A stretch of DNA of 32,000 nt from Candidatus Thalassarchaeaceae archaeon (lineage in GTDB: Archaea; Thermoplasmatota; Poseidoniia; Poseidoniales; Thalassarchaeaceae): the NCBI GenBank assembly GCA_045568075.1, contig JBJLBP010000001.1, positions 30,001-62,000 of the forward strand, read 5' to 3'. Within the stretch, counting starts at the first letter, position 1. Every line of letters begins with the position of its first letter. The notes under the pieces are model-generated. The model had not been told where the DNA came from. It saw only the letters and a program-made list of their open reading frames with translations, and searched no databases. Positions 1 to 9,300 of the stretch are shown one piece after another. A program made the translations under genes and the position numbers.

Positions 1-138
1 GTAAAGCGAAGTGGTTTCACCTTCAGCGAGCATATCGTTCTCTGCGGCACAGCGGACACAGACCTGATAGCGAGGGCCATTCCCACTGACGAACTGAGAG
101 TTCGGGTAGTTCTGAGTGCACATGCGACAGACTGGCAT
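1..138 (-). CDS. hypothetical small zinc-ribbon protein, N-terminal part (gene runs off the window start)
   Basis: Not in the ORF track because it is truncated to 46 codons. ATG at 138-136, open to position 1: MPVCRMCTQNYPNSQFVSGNGPRYQVCVRCAAENDMLAEGETTSLY. Two CxxC pairs (C4/C7 and C27/C30). SD-like GAGTGA (145-150, minus strand) lies 6 nt upstream. It starts 33 nt downstream of the pabB-pabA stop on the same strand. Confidence 0.4.
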   Translation of the reverse strand, partial: MPVCRMCTQNYPNSQFVSGNGPRYQVCVRCAAENDMLAEGETTSLY

Positions 139-171
139 GGTCGTTCACTCACGCCACCCATCGTTGCTCCT

Positions 172-2487
172 TCAACGCTGCGGTTGCTCGGCTTGCTCGT
201 TCTTACTGGTTGCGCTGCCGGAGGTGCGGGGTATTGCTTGAGTCGCGAGGAATAATCGGAGGAGTCCTTGTCCATCTGGGCTGCCTACTGATTCCGGATG
301 GAACTGGACTCCGTCTATTGGCAGGCTCGTGTGAGTGATTCCCATGACGAGAGAGCCTGAGGCGTCCCAAGCATTCACCTTCAGCTGAGATTCATTTTCG
401 ATTTTAGTGGAGTCTGGCTGTTCGAGGACGAGGGAATTGTAGCGCATTAGAACGGCGTCCTCGGGTGTATTCTGGTAGAGAGCGGAGCCGTCGTGGCGGA
501 TTTTGGAGGGTGCGCCGTGGACGGCTCCGAGAGGAGATTCGATCAGATTCCATCCTGCTGCTCGGCCGAGAGCTTGGTGACCGAGGCACCAGCCGAGTAG
601 AGGAATCGGTGATTCAGGATTGTCTCCTTCGCTCGGATTTACTCGATTGAGTCGCTCGGCGAGGGCTCGGCGGGCCAGCTCCATGCTTCGCGGTGATGCT
701 TCAGGTCTAGACGGCCCTGGACCGAGAATGATGTGAGTCGGGCGATAGGTGGTGAGCCAATCATCGACCGCGGCTTCTGGATCTGTGTCTTGGGCAGGTC
801 GGCCTTCGACGATTGTTACTTTGGCGCCGAGGCGGTGTAGCGACTCGGCGATATTATTGGTGAATGAATCAAGATTGTCGACAAGTAGGACATGGGCTTG
901 GTTAGTCTCTTGCTCAGGTTTGAATTCGCTCGGACGAATTCTTCCGAGTACACCTTCTACCTCAGGCATAGGTAAGATTCCGACTTCGCGTTCCGGCAAT
1001 TCGCCGCTGCTGAATCCGGTTCGGAAGCCCCATGTTGCTTCTGTGACCGCCGCTGCCTTCCAACGAGCTTCCTCGACCTCGTCGGCGGGGTTGGAATCGA
1101 TGACCACTCCGCCGCCGGCCTGAACCGTCGCATGCCAATTATCCGGGCCACTGCGAGCCTCCATCGTGCGGATTAGAATGTTCCAATCAGCCTGACCCGC
1201 ACTTTGATTGAGGTGTCCTATCGAGCCGGTCCAAGCGCTTCGAGGGGCTTGTTCCAACTCGTCGATTGCTGACATTGTCACAACCTTTGGGCAGCCCGTG
1301 ATTGAGCCTCCTGGGAAAAGGGCTGAGAGTGCCTCACCTGCACTAGTCGACGAACTGAGTTGACCTTCTACGCCTGAGACGAGGTGCTGAACATTGGCTA
1401 GAGCCTCGATCCGGCAATCCGTCCAATGCACCGAGCCAGGCTCACAGACAGCGGACAAATCGTGGCGTTCAAGGTCGACTAGCATCAGATGCTCAGCCAT
1501 CTCCTTGGGTGAAGTAGCGAGTTCGGTACGCAGCGCAAGGTCAGCTGCATCATTGGCTCCTCGCGCGCGTGTTCCCTTGATTGGTCGCGTCGAAATAAGG
1601 CCCGAATCGAGTCTGAGCAATCTCTCAGGTGAGGCCGATGCTACCGCCCAGCCATGGTCAGCGACATTCATCCAAGAAGCGAAAGGAGCAGGATTCGAAC
1701 GAGTCATCCGCAGGAAAGCATCCCATGGCTGACCATGCATCTCTGATTGCCAGCGGCGGCCGTAATTCACCTGATACAGATGACCGCCGCGAATCGAGTC
1801 GCGAATCTGTTCGACCTTGCGAGCGTGTTCAGAATCACTCTCACTCTCAGGGACTCGCGGCTCGGGTCTACCTGGAATCTCAACAGGAGCAAACTCGGGT
1901 AACTCATCATCCAGCCAATCATGTCCTTCGAGCGCAATCAATCGCAATTCTCCGCTCTCGCGCTCTTCCACCCACCAAGCATCACAGCGCCATAGCACAC
2001 CCAGTAAGGTGCCGGGAGCGGGGGTGTGAGCAAGTCGGACCGAGTTCGACCAGCGACCGAGGTCATAGCCTAGCAATCCAGCGAATCCGCCAGGAGTAAC
2101 CGGCGTTGAATAAGCCCCGGAGTGCTGAACATTAACCTCATGTTCAGAAATTTCGCTCAGTGCCTCATCGAGGCTCGCTGGTCGAGTCTCCTCCTCACTT
2201 ATCCAGCGGCCATCAACCATCCGCTGGCGAATCATAACTAGTGGAGGAGGGGAACCCAAAATCACCTCTCCAGCAAGGGCCGAGCCGTCACTGTGCTCAA
2301 CCCCCCACGGCTCGAAAAACAGGAATCTCAGACTATCTAACGCGGGTAGCATCGAGTGCCCTGAGAGGTCGGTCACCGGCCCCCCAGAGTGCAGAAGAAG
2401 TTCGTCTTGGTTGCGAGGCCTGTGGGCCAAAATACGCAGAAGAGTATCGCTTTGTGGCGCCGTGAATTGACGAGTTACGACCTTCAA
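172..2487 (-). CDS. fused aminodeoxychorismate (or anthranilate) synthase: N-terminal chorismate-binding component I plus C-terminal class-I glutamine amidotransferase
   Basis: 771 aa. Chorismate-utilising core motifs: SPERLLRL, TRPIKGTRARG, KEMAEHLMLVDLERHDL, LFPGGSITGCPK, GGGVVIDSNPADEVEEARWKA. C-terminal triad GATase motifs: VLLVDNLDSFTNN, GWCLGHQALG (nucleophile Cys), VQFHPES. The PABA rather than Trp assignment rests only on the overlapping PabC-like gene upstream. The TTG start at 2487 overlaps the upstream TGA and is preceded by GAGGTG at 2493-2498. Confidence 0.85.
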   Translation of the reverse strand: MKVVTRQFTAPQSDTLLRILAHRPRNQDELLLHSGGPVTDLSGHSMLPALDSLRFLFFEPWGVEHSDGSALAGEVILGSPPPLVMIRQRMVDGRWISEEETRPASLDEALSEISEHEVNVQHSGAYSTPVTPGGFAGLLGYDLGRWSNSVRLAHTPAPGTLLGVLWRCDAWWVEERESGELRLIALEGHDWLDDELPEFAPVEIPGRPEPRVPESESDSEHARKVEQIRDSIRGGHLYQVNYGRRWQSEMHGQPWDAFLRMTRSNPAPFASWMNVADHGWAVASASPERLLRLDSGLISTRPIKGTRARGANDAADLALRTELATSPKEMAEHLMLVDLERHDLSAVCEPGSVHWTDCRIEALANVQHLVSGVEGQLSSSTSAGEALSALFPGGSITGCPKVVTMSAIDELEQAPRSAWTGSIGHLNQSAGQADWNILIRTMEARSGPDNWHATVQAGGGVVIDSNPADEVEEARWKAAAVTEATWGFRTGFSSGELPEREVGILPMPEVEGVLGRIRPSEFKPEQETNQAHVLLVDNLDSFTNNIAESLHRLGAKVTIVEGRPAQDTDPEAAVDDWLTTYRPTHIILGPGPSRPEASPRSMELARRALAERLNRVNPSEGDNPESPIPLLGWCLGHQALGRAAGWNLIESPLGAVHGAPSKIRHDGSALYQNTPEDAVLMRYNSLVLEQPDSTKIENESQLKVNAWDASGSLVMGITHTSLPIDGVQFHPESVGSPDGQGLLRLFLATQAIPRTSGSATSKNEQAEQPQR

Positions 2488-3263
2488 ACTCCCACCTCAT
2501 CACGGCTCAGCCAAGCATTTTCAACACGCTCAACCCAAGCCGTATTCGCAGCCTGAAAGAGTCTCCCTCTGGCCTTACCAATCACTCTTCCATCTATACT
2601 GGAGAGCGCTTGAACACCCATTCCACTCCCTAGCACTATCATCTCGGAGGCGCGTAGAATCAACTGCAGTGTTAGTCTCGCTTCTCGGACAGGGATTCCA
2701 GCCGCCTCGACTCCTTCCCTAATCTGAACGAGAGTGATCGAATCTAGAGCTCCTTGGCTTGGCTTAGGGTGGTAAGCGACGCCGTCAGCGTCGAGAAGAA
2801 CTGGCATACAGCGATCACCATCGACGAGGCAATCATCGTCGAAAAGCAGCGCCATGTCGGCTCCGTGTGCAACTGCAGCCTTGCGCGCGTCGATGTAAGG
2901 CTGCCAATCCCCGTGTTTAGTACCGCGAACCTCGTCGGACCATGTCGGTGCAGCGAGGCTGATAGCACTCATTCGTGCCGGCCAAGGCATGTTCAATCGA
3001 GGCACGATGTTGACCTCGCCACTCTGAGAAATTCCGATCATGACGAGGAAAGGAGGTTGATTGGAGCCAACCGTAGGCTCACCTGGAATTTCGGCCTCAG
3101 CCAGTGTATCGAATATTCTCCCCTCGATGCCTTCGGGCAGTGTGATACCCAGTCGGAGAGCGTGGCGGTGTAGGCGGGCGAAGTGTAGCTCTGGCGCCAT
3201 CAAACGCTCACCACCATCCCAACCTAGGGTGGTGAATACCTCAGAGGCTGGGTCGCCCGTCAT
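2484..3263 (-). CDS. aminotransferase class IV (fold-type IV PLP) family protein, probable aminodeoxychorismate lyase (PabC-like)
   Basis: 259 aa. GTKHGDW resembles the catalytic-Lys region of PabC (E. coli GIKHLNR, from memory). It is followed by ADMALLFDDDCLVDGDRCMPVLL..DGVAYHPKPSQGALDSITL..GIPVREARLTLQLILRASEMIVLGSGMGVQALSSIDG, which is collinear with the PabC/BCAT/DAAT pattern. The gene overlaps the ADC synthase fusion by 4 nt. Confidence 0.7.
   Translation of the reverse strand: MTGDPASEVFTTLGWDGGERLMAPELHFARLHRHALRLGITLPEGIEGRIFDTLAEAEIPGEPTVGSNQPPFLVMIGISQSGEVNIVPRLNMPWPARMSAISLAAPTWSDEVRGTKHGDWQPYIDARKAAVAHGADMALLFDDDCLVDGDRCMPVLLDADGVAYHPKPSQGALDSITLVQIREGVEAAGIPVREARLTLQLILRASEMIVLGSGMGVQALSSIDGRVIGKARGRLFQAANTAWVERVENAWLSRDEVGV
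2493..2498 (-). promoter_or_regulatory. Shine-Dalgarno GAGGTG for the pabB-pabA fusion (translational coupling to pabC-like gene)
   Basis: Minus-strand sequence GATGAGGTGGGAGTTTGA. GAGGTG lies 5 nt upstream of the TTG start, and that TTG overlaps the pabC-like TGA stop (TTGA, 2484-2487). Confidence 0.6.
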
Positions 3264-3307
3264 AGACCTCGATTGGCAAAGAGGGCTTCAATCCGATGCT
3301 GGTGGAA

Positions 3308-6300
3308 TCAGAGCATTTCATCGAGGAAAGATGTATCCAAATCTTCGTCATCATCGAGTTCATCAGCCATGTTTTCGAGATCATCGGCCAAATCGTCAAG
3401 ATCATCCAAATCTAGGTTTTCATCGTCGTCACCGAGTAATTCGTCCATCACTCCGGTGTCTGGTGCAGGCGCTGGGCCAAGATCCTCTTCGGTTGCTGCC
3501 CCAGCGCTAGCCGATGTAGCTGTGTAATCGCTTTCGTCGGAGTCGGATGTGGCTCCGTCCTTACGTCGAGCACCGGAGACCAAGCCCTCATCAATCTCCA
3601 AATCATCGAGTCCGAAGTCCTCATCTCCAGTGAGGCCAGCAGCCTCACGCTCGATTTGCTCTTCCAGCTCGACCTCAAGCGCACCCATCTCCCAAGGAGC
3701 TGGTGCGGAATCTTCTCGTGGCTTGATGAACAATAGAGCGCCAATCAGAAGCATGACGACAGAGAACGCTATGACGACTGCATTCATTTCGCCAGCGAGA
3801 ATCCTATCAATCCACGGCTCTCCAGCCGAATCATCGCCAGGTTGGGTTGTTCCGAATGATGATTCCTCCCAAGGCAAAACCTCAGTTGGATCTGCGTGAT
3901 AAGTGTGGACCTGCCCATTCCAAGTGACAATTTCAATCCAGTAAGTAGCCTCGCGGTCCACCGGTTCTCCGTCAAATTCGTTGAGAATTAGTATGGTGTC
4001 GCGCATTCCGGCCTTAACCAGGGTGGCATTGCGTGTATCGTCGAAGGATTCGGTGCTGACGTAAGCGTAGAAGCTGCCGTACATTGGATCTTCCGTATTA
4101 TCCCAATTCACTTCGATCAACGATCCCGCAGCATTCCAATTCGCTCGCATTCCGCTGACATCCGGGCACTCTGGGCATGGGTCAGCGGAGAGTTCGTCAG
4201 ACAACTCAATCCAAGCGCTTGCAAGGTTGTCTGTCCAGGCATTTCCAGATGAATCGACGGCTACGACTGTGACGTAAATTCTACGATTCGGTACAAGTGG
4301 CGTAGCCTGATCTTCTCCGTAGGCGGAGAACTCAGTTAGCAGTACGGGAAGGTATTGCTCTCTGTCGACTACTAAGGCTGGTTGGAGGTCATCGATTCTC
4401 TCGAGAAGTACTGGAGTATCAATTACCGCATAAATCCAGTATTCGGCGATGTCGGAGGCATCGCTTTCGATGAATTCTACGAACATCGCGTCGCCGGCGT
4501 CGCCGGGTCGATCACTGAGTACTGGTGGTTGCAAGCGATCGGGCGGAGAAATGTCTCCACGATTGTCTATCGGAGTGACGAGAACCATGTGATCCGAGAG
4601 CCCTGAAAGGTGCACGTTGCCGCTGACATCGTGGATGGTCACGGTGACATAGAGTGGAATCATCGATTCGATTTGACGGACTTCAAGAGTGTCGAGCGAG
4701 TTGCCGTAGAGCGCTCGCTCGGCGGTGAATTCGAGTTGGAAATTAGCGCCGAATTGGCGCTGATCGATGGTGATAAGTCCGCATGAATACGTCATTCCTT
4801 CACAGGAATCCCAAATCGCTGTAACATTCACCAGTGGATATTCTGAAACCCAGATTGTGTAGAATGAGAAATCCTCCGCTGCGGATCTATTCCAGCGAAT
4901 ATCGATGGCGGTTCCGTCATCGTCAGAATGGTCCCAAGCGTTGAGGCCTGTTACTCGATCTGGAGCTGAACCAGGACCTCCAAGATTCGCCATCGGCGTT
5001 GCGTCTACTATGTACACGTTGTCAACATCGGCATTGCCCCAATCATCGAAGGCTACCACACCTATCCAGTAAACCGTGTCATCGATGAGGCCACTCTCTC
5101 CCAACGAATCGATGATTATCGAAGTGGTCTCGCAATCAACGGTATAATCAGACACTGGCCAACCATCGACTGTCGAGGGTGGGCTCCATCCAGAAGCAGG
5201 GAGCGCGTAAATCGCGTAGTAGGTACAGTCCTCTTCGGTATTCGCATCCCAAGTGACATTGATCCTACCGCCCTCATCATTGGGCACATCTTCAGCGGTG
5301 GTTCCAGTGATTGGCGCAGGAGGAATACCGTCGTCGAGTCCGCCTGCGGTTACAACCGGTCCAATGATGGTGGCGTTATCGATTGAAGACTGTCCTGCCT
5401 CATCAACACAGACCGCTGCGAACCAGTAAGGCACTCCACCCTCTAGTTGCAGCACAGTAGTATTGCCTGTGCTCCAAGGGAAGTCCAAAGGATCTGTGAG
5501 ACCTATCGCAGTGGTAATTTCCTGTTGCACAGCCCATATTCGTGTTCGGTCAGGGTCAAGTTCGGTGCAAGCAGCCCATTCCAGTACCAAAGTTCCGGCA
5601 GCGCCTCCTGATACTGGCGTGGCGCTGAACCACTCGGGTGCTGCAGGAACTTCATCAGTCGGCGTGACATTCAGTGGATAGGTCATCGGAACGCCGAGGG
5701 AACCATCTGCGTATTCGATGACAATCGCTGCACGGTACTGACGATCATCACGCAACGCCTCGGTCACTCCGGCGTTATCCGCCTGTGTAACCGTCGCATT
5801 GGTGCGTGACCAGAAGTTGGAGCGAATGTAAGTTGAGAAATCCTGCAAATTTCGCTGCTCCGGCTCCCATAGAGGATCGGCCGTGGAATCCCAGACATAC
5901 AATCGATACGCATGCCAAGCTGCATCCTCGGCCGGTAGCCAAGAGGCCTCGATGACACCTCCGCCATCATTCGGTCTGTCCTCAAGACCGACGATTACAG
6001 TCGGAACCTCGACGCGCTCCCAATCATAGGTTATCCTAACTTGGATTGCACCGTCTTCGGGACTTTGTAATTGCAAATGCAGGTAAGCCGAGGAGGATCC
6101 TGGACCAACTGCTGAAATTGCTGATTGGAAGGCCTGCTGAATACCACCATTCGCGGCCGCCATATCCCAAGTTCCTGTGTAATTGAGTGCTGATGACCGC
6201 GCCCAGACCCACGACCCGCCTTGTGGCGCGGTCATCGTCATCGCGCCCACATGCATCGGTAAGCGACTCGGTGCGGCGATGTCAGAGGTCTGTGGAATCT

Positions 6301-9300
6301 CTATCGGATCATCAGGAGTGACAAGAATCGTCGACATTCCTGGATGAGTCGTGTCGGTGATATCCCACGTGCGCCCGCCGTAAAGAACCGTTAGCGGGTT
6401 AGCTCGTCGTTGATGTTCGCGTGACATTTCTTGCAAACTAACAACCGGAGAATAGACGTGTAGTCCGTCGCTACCAACCGCGTAAAAGCCGCTGAAGTCA
6501 ACGTATCCTCCCTGTAATCCAGTCGCGATTCGGCTAGTGACAACATTGTGGTTTCCATCAACATCGACAACGTCGAGGCCACGAGGACTCATCGCCACAA
6601 TATTCTGCCCATCGCTATGCAATTGGAATGGAGGCCACGAAAGCAGAGAGCCTTGGCCGACGCCGGTTTCCATCTTCATCTTAGAGCCATTCCAATGAAC
6701 GAGAGGCTCAACATCGGTAGCGATGTGAACGCCCCAATCATCGGTTGCAATTGCCCTAACGTCATTGCTTGGAATCATGTCGATATTGTAACTTCCATTC
6801 GCCATGTCGGTCATCAAATCCCAAGCTGCTACACCGGGGCGAGTAGGTCCCTGTCCATTGTGTGAGATGAAAATCGCCGCGTCGTGATAGAGGGTGGTAT
6901 TGGTGCCATCAGGATTCTGCACGACGCGAGAAACCGGTCCTGCATCTACGATCCCACTGACTGTATTACCCATCAGGCCGTTGTTGAATCCAAGCGTGTT
7001 GAGGACTGTCAGATTCGTCTGATGCAGGACCGTCAAGCCCGCAGCACCACCAGCGAGGAGCGAACCTCCACCCTGAATCGTCGTGTTTAGAGCGTGGAGG
7101 TGAGTGATAATCGGCGAAGGAAGACCGTCGATGGTGGTGATTGGGTCATCCCAGTCGTCACGAGTAGTGTTGTACATCCCGATTCCACCGTGCGTGGCAA
7201 TCATGATGTGATCACCGTATTCGATGAAATCACGCACGAGATTACTCGGCAGACCTGCGATTAGGCTGCCATGACCCCACTGATTGTTGCCGATATTGTA
7301 GGTCTGGAAGCCGGCAGCTGATCCCTGATTGCCCATCAGTCCGACGTAAATCGTGCCATTCTCGAGGATCATGCCATCCATCTGGGTATGCAGAGCAGGT
7401 GGAGTAGAAGTGATTCGGCGCTGTTGCAAATCAATCGCTTTGAGTCCTCGGCCGGCGGTTGTGACCCAGAGAGTCTCGCCGTCGAGCATCATATCGTTGA
7501 CAACATCATTTTGGAAATTATAACCAAATTCCCAGCGAACAGAGCCATTCGCAAGGATCTCGCCTTGGAGAATTGAAGAGCCGTAGTAGGAATTGACACT
7601 GAGAGCAGAAGTTACCCAGACGTGAGTGCTATTGGAGATTATTTCCAAAACCCGCCCACTGGATAGACCTGCGAGCTCGTCGTAGCCGCTGGCGATGAGT
7701 CCAGAGTTATCGAGACGGTCGACTCGGTTCATTCCCGTCGTCTGCCCCGAACGACCGATGGCGTAGACCGTTTGTCCTGAGTTGGATGGTGCGCGTTCTA
7801 TCGAACAACCATCCATTCCAGGATCGAGGACCTGCCCATTGGCTGTGGCGGTGCCGGATGTAACGATACGTGAGACACCACCTTCACCATCGTACTGATG
7901 CCCGGCGAGGAGCACGTTATTCTCGTGAAGCATTCCTCCTGGGAAGATTCTGTCCTCGCCGATACCGTCAGCGGCTGTGAGAGTTGAGAGATAGTTGTCA
8001 GTGTTGTAGTTGTAGCGATCGAAGCCTACACCTTCCGTATCGAAGCCTACGTACAATATGCGATTGGATTCGTCGCAAGCCATTGCTCGAGGATCATTAT
8101 CTGAGAGCCCCGAGGTACCCGATGTCATCGCGCTAATCCACTCATTGGTCAATTGGTCATTATCGTGGTCGGCCATGTCATAGCGCGCGATTCCGCCTTG
8201 ATTACCCCACCAAAATCGAGCTCCGATAGCAACATGGACGATGTCGTCGCAGAGTTTGATCTCAGCGGGGTATCCATCAGGAATGTCTCCGGTACCTAGA
8301 TCCCAAGAGGACCAGTTTCCGTTGGTACCATTCTTACGCATGATCTGAGAACCAGCATTCCAGCCGCCTGACTCCAGCGACCCAAGCCATAGGTCGTCGT
8401 CGATGATGGCCATTGTGTAGAACTCTTCCTCGGAGTCTGATGGTAGTCCATCACCAGGAGTCCAAGAGTCGAGCCAAGTCGCATTAACTGGATCCCAACG
8501 CAAGATTCCGTTCATGCTGGCGAAGAGATATTCTCCTTCGAATTCTTCCATTCCTCGAATCGGCCCCTCGATGTCAGTCCACTCATTTAGGAGAGTCATG
8601 GAGGCGGCATTGAATCGGCGGATGATGTAGTCGCCATATGCAACCCAGAGTTCACAGGATGTGGTATTCATCGGGAAGCATTCGCCAAGGAATCGAGCGT
8701 TGACACGGAGAACATTACCAATCGTAGGCAGATCCTCTTCCCATGTCTCATTGGTCATATTCCAACGGACGATGGTTCCATCTCCGTCATTCCAGTATTG
8801 TGTCGGTCGGACTCCAACCCAGAGTTGTTCTCCGACTGTCCCTATTCCGTAGACAACGCCAGCCCAGCCTGCTTGAGCGCCTGCATCAATTGTGCTCAGG
8901 CTAGAGTTAGATGAGATTTCGATACGGTAGATTTCATCACTCTGGGACCACCATCCATTCGCCCTCTGGAGCGAATAATGCAAAATTCCGTCGTGGATAA
9001 TAATGTCAGCTGGTGGAGAGTTTGAGAGGGTTGGACCATTGGCATTTGAACCACGATTCCAAGATATTAGGACATCGTCATTGACGACGTCGATTAGGGT
9101 CAGTCCGAAATCTCCACCGGCCCACATAGTACCTGATTCATTACCCGGAACCAATGCTGTGACATCGTCATCGTCGATGTATCCCTGAGTTCCGTCCCAA
9201 GTCGTCAACCACTCACTATTCGTCAAATCGTAGCGGGCGATTCCGGTATTCTCGAAGCCAAGATAGAGTATATCATCGATTTTTACCGTTCGCGAGCGTT

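Noticed and set aside
3061-3527. Plus-strand ORFs 3061..3510 (149 aa) and 3273..3527 (84 aa, poly-Ser: SSSSSSSSAMFSRSSAKSSRSSKS).
   Set aside because: They lie antisense to the acidic tail of the giant protein and to the pabC-like 5' end. The Ser/Arg-rich low-complexity sequence is the mirror of GAx/GAy Asp/Glu codons. They are shadow ORFs.
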